DNA from: Nitrososphaeraceae archaeon
Lineage (GTDB): Archaea > Thermoproteota > Nitrososphaeria > Nitrososphaerales > Nitrososphaeraceae
NCBI GenBank assembly: GCA_044870765.1
Contig: JBIOZG010000017.1
Location: forward strand, 1-64,000
Length of the DNA stretch: 64,000 bases
Direction: 5' to 3'
This document shows, piece by piece, positions 1 through 10,251 of the stretch; position 1 is the stretch's first letter; every line of letters starts with the position of its first letter. Both the position numbers and the translations under genes were made by a program. A model generated the notes under the pieces. That model saw nothing but the letters and a program-made list of their open reading frames with translations. It had not been told where the DNA came from and ran no database searches.

Positions 1-167
1 ACGTCCCAGTCAGTGACAATTCCAACGGGTTTTTCATTTTCAGTTATAATTACACTGCCAATAGTATGCTCTTTCATTTTCATTGCGATGTCAGCAATGT
101 TATCGCTTGGAATAGCTGTGATTACGGGACTGTTCATAATATCCCTTACAAGCACTCTTGTAGTCAT
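1..167 (-). CDS. CBS domain-containing protein (N-terminal part; runs off the window edge)
   Basis: Manual translation from ATG 167: MTTRVLVRDIMNSPVITAIPSDNIADIAMKMKEHTIGSVIITENEKPVGIVTDWD, a typical CBS repeat. Alternative in-frame GTG start at 203. Confidence 0.85.
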   Translation of the reverse strand, partial: MTTRVLVRDIMNSPVITAIPSDNIADIAMKMKEHTIGSVIITENEKPVGIVTDWD

Positions 168-314
168 GTTTGCATCTGTATGCTCTACTAGTTTTTTTGC
201 CACAATATAATTTAGAATATTTGGTTTAATTATCTTTCTAATCTCCATTTGTACAATTTGATTGTTCAAAAAGACGGGGAGGTAAAAAAATAGACTTAAC
301 TAACTTGATTTCAT

Positions 315-2294
315 TTATTCTTTGATAATATCGTTGATGGCTTGCCCCCTTTCTGCTCGCTCTATTTTGGATTGTCCTGGAGGCAGCATTCTTATAAATT
401 CATCCAAGGATATCTTTTTACAAAATTCTGCCAGACTCTGATCAAATTCAGAAATTGCTCTTACGAATTCACTCTTAACTCTCTTTGCAAGATTCATCTG
501 ATCGGTCCCACCGGGTAACAATGAGGCAAATACTAAGCTTCGTTTTCTAACAGCATTCAAGGGTCCACAAACAATTGAATATTTTTTTTCAATCTGTACC
601 AGCCCAATTGAAAGTTTTAATTCAATACCTCTGCAAAAATTTCTCTTTCCTTCAATGACAAAAGAACCTTTTGGAAGAAATTGACCCGTTGGAGCTCCTT
701 TCTTTACCTGATTAGGGAATACCCAGTAGGCATCTCCGCTTGATAATCCATCCTTCCATGCTCTGCTGAATGATATTGTTGCTTGGGCAGTCTCCTCGAC
801 ATAACCGCTATTTTGTTTTTCTTGATTATTCACATTCTTTACTAGGAAAAAAGGCGAACCATGAATTTCTGCATGAAATATGATATCATTTTCGGTCATG
901 TACTTACGAATTATGGCAGAATTCGAAGACGCATCTCTACCACCTATTACTAAATATCCATCACTAGTAACAAACCAACGATATCTCTCATACCACTGTT
1001 TTGATTCTAATTTGCTGAATTGAATTTTTTCATGAATTTTTTGTGTTTGATTTTGTAGTTTTTCAACTCTCAATCTCAGCTCTTCACTAGCTTTGTCTAT
1101 GTTGATAGCTCCTCGCTCCAGTTCTTTCGCTCTGGAAAATAATAGGGATGAAGATTTTGGGATACTTGATTCAAACTTGATTCGTTCATTTTCTATATTC
1201 AAATAGGTAATGCCATTTTCCATTACAATATTAGAGTCATTATTTTCCAAGAGACTTCCTACCGCACTATCGTTCATATCCACGATACCCATGGAAGAAA
1301 GATTCATTAGTTCATGGGCAACTCTTCTGAGGTTTTGCGATCTAGTAATTACTTGCGTTTTAGCTCTGTTTTGTTCTTCCAAATCATGTTCAAGTTCCAA
1401 AATTTTTCTGTCTGTTTCTTCGGTTTTCAGACTCCTCCCAATCGAAATTATTTCGTTGCTAAGTACTTGATCTATTCCATCCATGTATGATTCAACCTTC
1501 TTGGCATTAGAGTCACCCGACATTACAATAGGCGATGCGTCAATTGCTAAACCGAGTTTGTCCACTATAATTGATGGTACATGATTTGTTTCATCTATGA
1601 CTTTACTTGTAATTTCTTTGGTATTATCATAAATAATCTGTACATCATTATCGCTAAGGTTGTTTGCATACTTTGTGCTAATTCCCGAATGTAGTAATAT
1701 TTCTTCTACGTACTTTCTTGGTAAAGACGTACATTTGGATAACCATCTTACTAAATCCGTATTTTCTGGTTGCGTTTGTCTGCTCTTTTTCATGCCCTCC
1801 AAGGTAACTTGAAAAACGTCTTCACCTCTATTTGGTGGCAGAACATATTCTAGACCAGTCTTCAAAATTCTGTGCCTTACTTCGACAGGATTCAGAATCC
1901 AAAGGATCTTCATCGATTCATCGCATAAAATAATATTGCCCTTTCCGAAAATTTCAATTACTAATTTCCTTTTTTTATTGTCTTTATTTATGAAGTGAAG
2001 AAAGAAAATTCTCTCGCTCCCGGGCTGCGATACAGAGTTTAATTTCGCCCTTTCGATTTCGCGACTTAATATGCTTAGAAGCTGGCTCTCTTCCATTTGC
2101 TTGTATTTCTTGCTTGTAATCCATATCCCCTTGGTCGAAACGATAAGATTGATATCCGACTCTGTGGGATGATGTAATTTCAAAAGAATCGAATTTTTCG
2201 TAATAGACGAGATATTACTAACGTAGTAACTCGACGTTATCTTTGAACTAATCTTGTTTACGAGGTAATGAAGCTCGATACCTGATAATTCCAT
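315..2294 (-). CDS. rqcH: NFACT/Rqc2 (RqcH/FbpA-like) ribosome quality-control protein
   Basis: N-terminal NFACT-N (ERIFFLHF, IEIFGKGNIIL); NFACT-R motifs WYERYRWF, GGRDASSN, FHAEIHGSP, PKGSFVIEGKRN. Confidence 0.9.
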   Translation of the reverse strand: MELSGIELHYLVNKISSKITSSYYVSNISSITKNSILLKLHHPTESDINLIVSTKGIWITSKKYKQMEESQLLSILSREIERAKLNSVSQPGSERIFFLHFINKDNKKRKLVIEIFGKGNIILCDESMKILWILNPVEVRHRILKTGLEYVLPPNRGEDVFQVTLEGMKKSRQTQPENTDLVRWLSKCTSLPRKYVEEILLHSGISTKYANNLSDNDVQIIYDNTKEITSKVIDETNHVPSIIVDKLGLAIDASPIVMSGDSNAKKVESYMDGIDQVLSNEIISIGRSLKTEETDRKILELEHDLEEQNRAKTQVITRSQNLRRVAHELMNLSSMGIVDMNDSAVGSLLENNDSNIVMENGITYLNIENERIKFESSIPKSSSLLFSRAKELERGAINIDKASEELRLRVEKLQNQTQKIHEKIQFSKLESKQWYERYRWFVTSDGYLVIGGRDASSNSAIIRKYMTENDIIFHAEIHGSPFFLVKNVNNQEKQNSGYVEETAQATISFSRAWKDGLSSGDAYWVFPNQVKKGAPTGQFLPKGSFVIEGKRNFCRGIELKLSIGLVQIEKKYSIVCGPLNAVRKRSLVFASLLPGGTDQMNLAKRVKSEFVRAISEFDQSLAEFCKKISLDEFIRMLPPGQSKIERAERGQAINDIIKE

Positions 2295-2390
2295 ACAAGT
2301 TATTTTAACGAAGATGAATATTAATTAAAATAAAAAATTCAAATTTACAATCGAAAGGAATTAAACCTACATTTAATGTGAAAAAAGTAA

Positions 2391-2672
2391 TTGGAACAAC
2401 TCGATAAGATATATTATATGAGAGCCTTTGTAGGCGTAATCTGCGGTATTATCCTCGGTTTTATCCTTAACCCTTCAAACTATTCGGCGTCCATACCCAT
2501 AATAATAGTCCTTGGACTATTTTTCTATATTATATCGTATGTCATTGCAAAAAGAATTGGATTGAGACTAAAGACAGACGACAGGAAAAAAATTACTACC
2601 AATGGGATCTTTCCATTTATCTTTTTGCTATTAATGTTCATGATTGTCGCATATACTGGTTTACACGCATGA
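2391..2672 (+). CDS. Small three-TM membrane protein, EMC6/Rab5ip-like
   Basis: 93 aa with three hydrophobic segments and a C-terminal GIFPFIFL..MIVAY pattern. Confidence 0.55.
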   Translation: MEQLDKIYYMRAFVGVICGIILGFILNPSNYSASIPIIIVLGLFFYIISYVIAKRIGLRLKTDDRKKITTNGIFPFIFLLLMFMIVAYTGLHA

Positions 2673-2720
2673 GAGAACGGTTTAAAAGAATTTGATTCAA
2701 AAGTTCTTCACGTAGACAAG

Positions 2721-3308
2721 ATGACATGGAACTATTCAACGCCAGGCATACCTGATGAATTGTTTGAACGGTCAGAAAAGGTCCCCATAACAAAAGAGGA
2801 GATACGCTCAATCGTACTTAGTAAATTACGCCTCAAGAGAGGCTATTCTGTAATTGATGTAGGTTCCGGGAGTGGTAGTATTACCGTAGAGATTTGCCTT
2901 CAAGTAAATTCTAAAAATGTATACGCAATTGATGCGGATAAAAACGCCATAGAATTAACAAGGAAAAATCTGGATAAATTTGGGGTGTCTGCGAATCTAA
3001 TTCATTCCAAGGCAGAAGAGATCTTGCTTTCACTGCCAACTGTTAATGCAATCGTTATAGGGGGAACAAAGGGTAAAACTGAAAAAATTATCGAGCTTTG
3101 TGTATCTAAATTAAGGAAGGACGGAAGATTGGTCATTGACACCATCCTAATTGAAACAATGTACAATGCCCTAAAGTCGCTCAAGAAGCAAAAAATGCAC
3201 GAAATTGAGGTTACTCAAGTCATAATATCAAAAGGGAAAGATTATCCAAGCGGCACAATGCTTGTTTCTAGAAATCCAATTCTGATTTTGTCTGCAACCA
3301 AAATGTGA
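2721..3308 (+). CDS. cbiT: Cobalt-precorrin-6B C15-methyltransferase (decarboxylating)
   Basis: PGIPDELF, PITKEEIR, SAM motif DVGSGSGS, C-terminal RNPI; cobalamin cluster. Confidence 0.93.
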   Translation: MTWNYSTPGIPDELFERSEKVPITKEEIRSIVLSKLRLKRGYSVIDVGSGSGSITVEICLQVNSKNVYAIDADKNAIELTRKNLDKFGVSANLIHSKAEEILLSLPTVNAIVIGGTKGKTEKIIELCVSKLRKDGRLVIDTILIETMYNALKSLKKQKMHEIEVTQVIISKGKDYPSGTMLVSRNPILILSATKM

Positions 3309-3409
3309 ACTACTCATTCTAATGATTCACCTTATCTGCTTTGTCCTGAGTTGAACCTACAGCTAGCTGCATCTTTACTTTAAATAACTCATTTTTTACA
3401 ACTGAAAAC

Positions 3410-4132
3410 ATGAAGCTTTCATGCATAGGGTGTGGGCCTGGCGATCCGGATTTGCTGACAGTGAAAGCCGTGGATAGGATCAAGAATGCAGATGCCATAT
3501 TTACTCCGACCTCCAAGGAAGGCAAGCCTAGCATTGCTTTATCAATAGTAAAAAAATACGTAGACGAAGCAACCACCAGTATTACAAACCTCATATTTCC
3601 TATGATAAAGGATAAAGATTCTCTGAAATTACAGTGGAAAACAAATTCGCAGTTAATAGCTCAAGCTGTGCGTTCTGGAAAAAGATGCATATACTTGACT
3701 GTAGGCGATCCTTCTTTATACAGTACTTGGAATTATCTTCACAAAGAATTCAGGGAAAATTATAACGATATAGAAATTGAAATCATCCCCGGAGTTCCGT
3801 CATTTTTTGCATTCGCAGCACAGGCAAAAATGAGTCTTGTGGAAGGTGATCAAACTCTTGGTATCGTTCCTGCATGCTATGACCTGGATAAAATAAGACA
3901 TACCGTGGCATCATGTGATTCAATAATTTTTCTTAAAGATGGGAGATACTTCGATAGCGTGGTAGAAATTCTCTATGAAACCGGCTTTAACGATAACTCT
4001 GTCATTACTATAGCTCAGGACGTTTCTGTGGATGAAGAAATTTTAGAAACAAAGAAATTAAAAGATTTACGAAACACAAAAAATCCCGCTGGCAAGTATT
4101 TTTCAATAATGGTGGCCAGAAAAAATGATTGA
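3410..4132 (+). CDS. cbiL: Cobalt-precorrin-2 C20-methyltransferase
   Basis: GCGPGDPDLLTVKA, LIFPM, GDPSLYST, IIPGVPS, YFS. Confidence 0.92.
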   Translation: MKLSCIGCGPGDPDLLTVKAVDRIKNADAIFTPTSKEGKPSIALSIVKKYVDEATTSITNLIFPMIKDKDSLKLQWKTNSQLIAQAVRSGKRCIYLTVGDPSLYSTWNYLHKEFRENYNDIEIEIIPGVPSFFAFAAQAKMSLVEGDQTLGIVPACYDLDKIRHTVASCDSIIFLKDGRYFDSVVEILYETGFNDNSVITIAQDVSVDEEILETKKLKDLRNTKNPAGKYFSIMVARKND

Positions 4133-4913
4133 TACTAACACTATTTATTTTGTTGGGTCGGGGCCAGGAGATCCTGAGCTTATAACTCTGAAAGCAAAAA
4201 AATTATTGGAAAATGCAGATGTCATCGTATATTCGGGTTCGTTACTCAATCCAAAACTCCTTGAATATGCTAAAAAAGATGCAGTCCTTCATGACGCAGC
4301 TCTAATAGACAGAAACAAGATCTATGAAATATTAAGGGATTCGACCAAGCAAGGAAAACTAGCTATTCGTTTTCACGACGGAGATCCAGCATTATTTAGC
4401 ACAATAAGAGAACAAATTGATAAACTGGATAAAGACGGCTTACGTTGTAAAGTTGTTCCAGGAATAACCGCCATCTTAGGTGCAGCCTCTTCACTAAATT
4501 TAGAATTAACTCTACCCGGAATTACTCAAACTCTTATTATTACGAGGGCAGAGCTTAGGACTCCTGTTCCAGATCGAGAAAGAATTTCTAACTTGGCTAC
4601 GCACGGTGCCACTATGGCCTTTTATCTAAGTGTTCATCTGATAAGAAACATTGTGGATGAATTACTTAAGGGAGGAGTCTATCAAACTTCAACTCCTGTT
4701 GCCGTCATTTACCGCGCTACATGGGATGATGAGAAAATAATTATTGGAACTCTTGACAACATTGCTGAAAAGGTGAATGAGGCCAAGATAACCAAAACCG
4801 CAATAATTATAGTTGGAAATGTTATTAACCCAAGTAGCTACGAGTTTTCAAAGGTTTACGATCCACAATTCACACATGGCTATAGGAAAGCTAATACTGA
4901 TAGTTCTGAATAA
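4125..4913 (+). CDS. cbiF: Cobalt-precorrin-4 C11-methyltransferase
   Basis: GSGPGDPELIT, YSGSL, RFHDGDP, ELTLPGITQT, YRATW, VYDPQFTHGYR. Confidence 0.94.
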   Translation: MIDTNTIYFVGSGPGDPELITLKAKKLLENADVIVYSGSLLNPKLLEYAKKDAVLHDAALIDRNKIYEILRDSTKQGKLAIRFHDGDPALFSTIREQIDKLDKDGLRCKVVPGITAILGAASSLNLELTLPGITQTLIITRAELRTPVPDRERISNLATHGATMAFYLSVHLIRNIVDELLKGGVYQTSTPVAVIYRATWDDEKIIIGTLDNIAEKVNEAKITKTAIIIVGNVINPSSYEFSKVYDPQFTHGYRKANTDSSE

Positions 4914-4977
4914 TACCATAATAGGTAACAATTCTATTGTTGGTTTTAAGGCACTACCAGCATAACAAAATGCACAT

Positions 4978-5205
4978 TTAGAAGATTTCCTCGTCCTTTC
5001 TCATCCCACCCAGACCAGCCTTAACTTTTGATGCGCACTCTATACATAGGTCCTCAGAAAATGGAAAGCTCTTCACGCATTCTTTGCATACCGGTTTTCC
5101 ACAACTAGGGCATTCCTTTGTAGATGTCTGTGTGTTGCATAAGGCGCAAATATTATTCTTCATTATCATAATTACGGTCTCTAAGGCTAAAAGCATATCG
5201 CACAC
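4978..5205 (-). CDS. Small Cys-rich zinc-finger protein
   Basis: CALC, CPSC, CKEC, CIEC; true start may be an internal Met. Confidence 0.6.
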   Translation of the reverse strand: MCDMLLALETVIMIMKNNICALCNTQTSTKECPSCGKPVCKECVKSFPFSEDLCIECASKVKAGLGGMRKDEEIF

Positions 5206-5297
5206 TTATGCCGTATTGGAAAGGACTAGTTTAATAATTCAAAATAAAATACTAGAAAAAAATTGTCAGATATAAAAGTCCCTGGCTCTCCTTTTAT

Positions 5298-5600
5298 TCA
5301 AGATAATGGAATTCTTGAGATTTCTTTATGATCTATATTGGACCAAGCGCCCATTGGATTCTCTTTTGTCTCTGATTTCTTTATTCCCGTTATTTCATTA
5401 ATGATAACTTCAGTGGCGTGCATAGGAGGCCAAGCCATTGCAACATATTCACCGATATTACCAGTTTTTTCTAATGAGGCGGGCAGTAACTTTTCCACTG
5501 AAAAACCTAGTGAGACGAGTTTATGCTTTAGAGTGTCTATCAGATCACGCTGTCCATGTACAATTAGATGAACAGGCTTTGAGTAATCGATTGTCGACAT
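5298..5600 (-). CDS. Hypothetical protein
   Basis: 100-aa ORF with normal composition and a GGAG motif upstream. Confidence 0.65.
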   Translation of the reverse strand: MSTIDYSKPVHLIVHGQRDLIDTLKHKLVSLGFSVEKLLPASLEKTGNIGEYVAMAWPPMHATEVIINEITGIKKSETKENPMGAWSNIDHKEISRIPLS

Positions 5601-5651
5601 TTGATATGTCTCCTCTCATTCACTCCTATAAACATAATTGTCTAAATAATA

Positions 5652-6272
5652 TTGCTGACAAGTATCGTCATGTCACACTTCGATCTTCATATGACAATGA
5701 TCTTCCCTGAAGACATTTCAAATAGGATTTCCTCCTTTATGGATGGAAGGCTCGACTTTCCTTATGTTAGGAAGGATGAATTAATATCACTTTTATATTT
5801 ATACGGAAGAAATAACACAGTACTCCCTCATCCCGACAAAGTTCTTGCGGTTGCAACCCAGACGATTGAAACTTTAGAGTATAGCATCGAAAAGTACAAA
5901 AATGGTCCAAAGTCATTATTCGATTCAGAATTTGTCCGAGATAATTACATACGCAGGCAATTACAAATTACTGTTGATAAAAATAAAAATCATCATAAAG
6001 TTGTATCCGAGATAAATGATAAGGGAATTATAAATGACCCCGTAATATTATCTGAATGTTTTTCACAGCATGTGTCATTCTATAACCAAAAGTATTCATT
6101 TTTCTTTTATGGACCGCTAAAGGATAATGAATTGACACATGACCTTCGCAGTCTGTTATCGGGCAGAATAGTTATGCTTGGATTCAATAAGGAACAAGAC
6201 AAACTACCATTCGAGCACCCCATAATTCCACTATACGTGTGGGCAAGAGAAAACCTTCTCAAAAGTTCCTAG
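5652..6272 (+). CDS. Hypothetical protein
   Basis: 206-aa ORF; likely start at an internal Met (MTMIFPED). Confidence 0.7.
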   Translation: MLTSIVMSHFDLHMTMIFPEDISNRISSFMDGRLDFPYVRKDELISLLYLYGRNNTVLPHPDKVLAVATQTIETLEYSIEKYKNGPKSLFDSEFVRDNYIRRQLQITVDKNKNHHKVVSEINDKGIINDPVILSECFSQHVSFYNQKYSFFFYGPLKDNELTHDLRSLLSGRIVMLGFNKEQDKLPFEHPIIPLYVWARENLLKSS

Positions 6273-6393
6273 ATTAAATAAATGAAAATGTCCAATAACA
6301 GATCCACAAAATTATCATTCAATCTACAAAATCGAATACTAAACGTAGGGTAAGACATAATATGCCTTAGCCTTCATATTTATTAGTTACCGG

Positions 6394-6744
6394 TTATGGA
6401 AAAGGTAACTCAAAAGGTATTACGGATGATGTAGGGATTGCACTCACAGGACTAGTGCTTTTGAATGGATCCTCTTTGTTTTGTGGTGAGTCTTGTGCGT
6501 GGGTAGTTAGAGGCATGAATGGAAATATCCTGATATCGTTCCTTGAACAGGACTCAAAAATCCCGCAGAATTCAAAATAGGGGGATTTAAAGCCTTCTTC
6601 GTAATTCATCGAAAAAGGAGAATAAATACTGATCCCTGATGCAAATATCATTTGTGAAGATTGGGAAGAGACAAAGATAGTGATAATAAGAATAGATAGC
6701 AGGAAGCAAATTGCCGATAAATGATATTTTTTGTCTGTGTTCAA
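6394..6744 (-). CDS. Hypothetical secreted or membrane-anchored protein
   Basis: N-terminal hydrophobic segment and C-terminal PFELPFP. Confidence 0.6.
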   Translation of the reverse strand: MNTDKKYHLSAICFLLSILIITIFVSSQSSQMIFASGISIYSPFSMNYEEGFKSPYFEFCGIFESCSRNDIRIFPFMPLTTHAQDSPQNKEDPFKSTSPVSAIPTSSVIPFELPFP

Positions 6745-7071
6745 GTAATATGAGATTTAATATTAAGTATATTTAGAATGCTTCAACATAATTAATAAGA
6801 TAATTGGATAAATGAATGCAAGAATCTAATTCCTAAATAGGTAATATACAATGCTACACTTAATTTTTGCTAGAAAAAATCACAGAATTTTTTTATCAAA
6901 AATTTATGGTATCTTGTCAGTCCTCCACGGATGCATGTTGTCGAAATATTCTCTCAAATGATTTTGAATGCAAAGCAAGATTAGAATTGACTAAAATCCA
7001 AGATCTGACTATTTTACTAGTATTTTAATCTGCAACTTGACATTCAATGATCATATTAAAGTTAACCCGTA

Positions 7072-7401
7072 ATGATAGGGACGTTAATGAAAGAAAAGAT
7101 AATTGAAATACGAAAACTGTATTCTAAAATGGATTTGGACAATTCAGATTTTCTTACTTTCTTTGATCTTGAGCATTTGCAGGCCGGTATTCTAAGATTA
7201 AGACTAGGCGAAATTGATACACAGGAACCACATTCAACAGATGAGGTCTATTTTGTTTTGGAAGGAGATGGATTCATAGAAATCGGAAATAAATCATACG
7301 AAATAAAGAAAGATCTATTCATTTATGTTCCAGCAGAAGTTAAACACAGGTTTCACGGAAATACACAAGAGATATTAGTACTATATTTTTTCAGTGGTTA
7401 A
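7072..7401 (+). CDS. Cupin domain protein
   Basis: PHSTDEVYFVLEGDG and YVPAEVKHRFH cupin motifs. Confidence 0.88.
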   Translation: MIGTLMKEKIIEIRKLYSKMDLDNSDFLTFFDLEHLQAGILRLRLGEIDTQEPHSTDEVYFVLEGDGFIEIGNKSYEIKKDLFIYVPAEVKHRFHGNTQEILVLYFFSG

Positions 7402-7465
7402 CCTAAAATAGTTACTTGGACTCTTATAATCATGACGTTATAGTTGTACAGTCACGTACAATATC

Positions 7466-7810
7466 CTATGATAAATTCATCGGCATTGCTTCCAAATGCT
7501 TGGCTAGAACCATCAAAACTTCAATCTTTTTTTTAGGGTAATTTGCAAAGTTAAGCGCTTGATCAATAAAGGCCGAAATTGGTACGGCTTCTTCTCCGAC
7601 AACTTCGATACCCTTTTTAGTCAATAAATAAGATTTTGTGACTGGAGAAGCCTGTACCCCATTTAAAAAGTAATGCTGTGAATCTGACATCGATTTACTT
7701 GCCTTCGAGTAAACTTCCTTTATGTATTCAATCTCGACTGCAATATTTTCTTCTAAAATACTCATTCGCTTAACTAATTCATTGACCCTTTTTACAGATT
7801 CAAATACCAT
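7466..7810 (-). CDS. Hypothetical protein
   Basis: 114-aa ORF immediately downstream of PadR on the same strand. Confidence 0.75.
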   Translation of the reverse strand: MVFESVKRVNELVKRMSILEENIAVEIEYIKEVYSKASKSMSDSQHYFLNGVQASPVTKSYLLTKKGIEVVGEEAVPISAFIDQALNFANYPKKKIEVLMVLAKHLEAMPMNLS

Positions 7811-7844
7811 GAAAAATCTTCCTAATTATTTCACTAATTGCACT

Positions 7845-8354
7845 TCAGTCGGAATCTATTCTTAATTCGTCTTTCTTGGTCTCTTGTTCTTGTAGTTTCT
7901 TAAGTTCGCTAACCAGAAACTGTTTATACTTTTCTCTTTCTTGTTCAGTCATCTTGTCCAAATTAGAACTCAAAGATATACCCATTGCTGACAACCTGTC
8001 TATCATATCCATAGCCATAAACTTGCCAACATTTCCAACTCTCATTACTACATCTAATTGCTTTTGCATAATATTGTGAACGGGATCTACATCTGCTGCT
8101 ATATCTATACCTCTTGAAGTGATCTTGTATTTACCGCTTTCCGTCTCGCTTATCAGACCTTCTTCTAACAATCTCCCTAACATGGGATAGATTAAACCTG
8201 GAGAAGGTTTCCATCTCCCTCCACTTTGCAAAATAGCTTTATCAATGATTTCCTTTCCAGTCATAGGTTCCTCTTCTAGTAGACCAAGAATGTAATGTCT
8301 TGAAAAGCCTCTTGGAATAGCACTACCTACCCTGGCTAGCCAATTAGATAACAT
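7845..8354 (-). CDS. PadR-family transcriptional regulator
   Basis: PMTGKEIID...WKPSPGLIYPMLGRLLEEGLI...YKITSRG. Confidence 0.92.
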   Translation of the reverse strand: MLSNWLARVGSAIPRGFSRHYILGLLEEEPMTGKEIIDKAILQSGGRWKPSPGLIYPMLGRLLEEGLISETESGKYKITSRGIDIAADVDPVHNIMQKQLDVVMRVGNVGKFMAMDMIDRLSAMGISLSSNLDKMTEQEREKYKQFLVSELKKLQEQETKKDELRIDSD

Positions 8355-8380
8355 ATCACTAGTAATATCGCTAGCGATAT
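8353..8380. promoter_or_regulatory. Tandem palindromic operator (candidate PadR autoregulatory site)
   Basis: ATATCACTAGTAATAT (8353-8368) and perfect palindrome ATATCGCTAGCGATAT (8365-8380), lying between a TATA-like box and the PadR start. Confidence 0.65.
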
Positions 8381-8495
8381 ATTTAGTTTTTTGCGCTTAA
8401 AGTTTTGGTATCTTATCGGGGGTTTTGAGACTCTGGTAACTTTCGGGAGTTTATGACCATTTGCATAAATATCCTATTAGGTTAACAGGAATTTA

Positions 8496-9131
8496 TTGGG
8501 AATTCGTAGAGACATCGGTTTGGCATTCTTAGGTGCAATATTCGGTTATATTATCACGCTGACTATGGATTCTATAATAGCGGTATTAAACAACGAACTT
8601 ACTTCCCAGAACATACCGATCTTGGCATTTGTCGGAATAGGATCAATAATAGGTTTAACAGCAATCACATATTATTTGATTTTACAACTTCGTAATTATT
8701 TGAAAAGTAGGAAAGCAGTAGAAACAGTTGAATATAATCTAGATTTAGTATTACATCATATTGATGATTTCATAAAAAAATGGAGAGTAACCAGATTTTT
8801 GCGGCTCTCATATAGAAGGGAAATACAACGAAAATCAATGTGGGTAAATAGATTTATGATTAGAAATCATGCAAACGCTATTCGCAGTAGTGCAAAAAAT
8901 TTGAAAGTTTTAGTTAATGCAAACGAAAGACTATTCACTTCTCTTGACGAAATTGTAAATAATATGGTTCATTTGGGTTTAGAATTAGAGTTAGTATTCG
9001 AAACTTCAGGAAATATTAAGCAAACTAAGGAATCCAAGTTCAATGAACTAATATCCGATGGTGATAATATTTGTGTAAAATTTAGAAATATAATTCCTGA
9101 ATTAGAAGAAGTGAGAAGCAAAATACCATAA
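8496..9131 (+). CDS. Hypothetical membrane protein (two N-terminal TMs)
   Basis: 211-aa ORF: two TM helices followed by a helical domain; in the accessory patch. Confidence 0.7.
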   Translation: MGIRRDIGLAFLGAIFGYIITLTMDSIIAVLNNELTSQNIPILAFVGIGSIIGLTAITYYLILQLRNYLKSRKAVETVEYNLDLVLHHIDDFIKKWRVTRFLRLSYRREIQRKSMWVNRFMIRNHANAIRSSAKNLKVLVNANERLFTSLDEIVNNMVHLGLELELVFETSGNIKQTKESKFNELISDGDNICVKFRNIIPELEEVRSKIP

Positions 9132-9253
9132 AGATAACTACGAAAATTAATCCCTTCAAGTTTAAAATGCTTTAATAGTGCTATCTCAAGCTCAGTAACA
9201 AATGTCAGTGCAAAACGGGTGATGAATATATGGAGTTTCTTAAAAGACGGTTG

Positions 9254-9430
9254 TTACTTTCTAGCACAGGAATGATTCTTGTAAGACGCTAAGGGATAGA
9301 AATACTCTCCGCATTTTGGGCATTGAGTTACATTGTTACTATCGATAACTGATCCAGACAAAGAGCGATCTGCTCTAATCAATCTTTTTTTCTTTTCGTT
9401 CTCTTGCTTATCATCCTCGTCTCCAGACAT
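9254..9430 (-). CDS. Small zinc-finger-like protein (58 aa, not in ORF track)
   Basis: MSGDEDDKQENEKKKRLIRADRSLSGSVIDSNNVTQCPKCGEYFYPLASYKNHSCARK*; TTATAA box upstream. Confidence 0.55.
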   Translation of the reverse strand: MSGDEDDKQENEKKKRLIRADRSLSGSVIDSNNVTQCPKCGEYFYPLASYKNHSCARK

Positions 9431-9475
9431 GTTTTATAATACTCTTAGCTCAGTATTATAAGAAGATTTTTAGAA

Positions 9476-10037
9476 ATGTCGACAATTGATTTATTCCTAG
9501 ATGAATTAAAATCAGAATACGATAAAGAATTTGAATTAAAGTCTTCCTTAGAAAATAAGGCTAATTATCTTAATCGCTGCTGGAGTCATAATGTCACTAT
9601 TATTCAGTTTTGGAGCTGTGCTAGTAGACAAATCAAATGCTGATTATCAATATTTGATTCTTGTGATTGTGTTCTTAATGATAGGAGTTGTAACTAATGG
9701 AATATCAGTTTTGTTTTCCGATTTGGGTTTTTCGATAAAGCCTTATCGATATCCTCTTCCATACCATGCTTTTTTTACTGAAGAAGGTATGTTTAACGAA
9801 GAAGCAATAAAACAATATAGCGAAGGAATGGGAAAAGATAAACCTGAGTCCGAAAAGATATTCAAGGAATCTAGAGTAGAAAACTATTTACGATTTAACA
9901 AGCAAAATGCAATCCAAAATAAGAACAAAGCGATAAAAATAAAAATTGCACAGTTGTTCTTTTTTGCAGGCACAATAGCCATACCGTTCATTATCGGCTT
10001 TGTTTTACCTTATTTATGGTCAACTCCTGCTTCTTAG
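9476..10037 (+). pseudogene. Frameshifted membrane protein gene
   Basis: ATG 9476 reads MSTIDLFLDELKSEYDKEFELKSSLENKANY and continues in the +1 frame as LIAAGVIMSLLFSFG (ORF 9591..10037); shift near 9569. Confidence 0.6.
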
Positions 10038-10042
10038 CAATT

Positions 10043-10207
10043 CTAATTAGTGTTTAGTTTATTTCCATTAAAATCTATATTTAGTCCCGCTGCCTCGGCT
10101 GGTGTTTTTCCTAATTTGGAATGTTCTCTACAAAAGTTATAATGTATTCTCATTGCTTCTATGATTTTCTGTGTTGTTTCTTTAGATTGCATTCCCCTCA
10201 TAACGTT
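10043..10207 (-). mobile_element. Transposase/integrase remnant (C-terminal fragment of an archaeal DDE transposase, IS6/IS1-like)
   Basis: Minus strand reads VMRGMQSKETTQKIIEAMRIHYNFCREHSKLGKTPAEAAGL, matching the YNFxRxH..L.(G)KTPAxAAG transposase tail. Confidence 0.75.
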
Positions 10208-10251
10208 TTAAGTTTATACACTTATATAGTAAGAAATTTTATTGGTAGTGT

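Noticed and set aside
13-210. 65-aa plus-strand ORF
   Set aside because: Antisense to a clear CBS-domain gene
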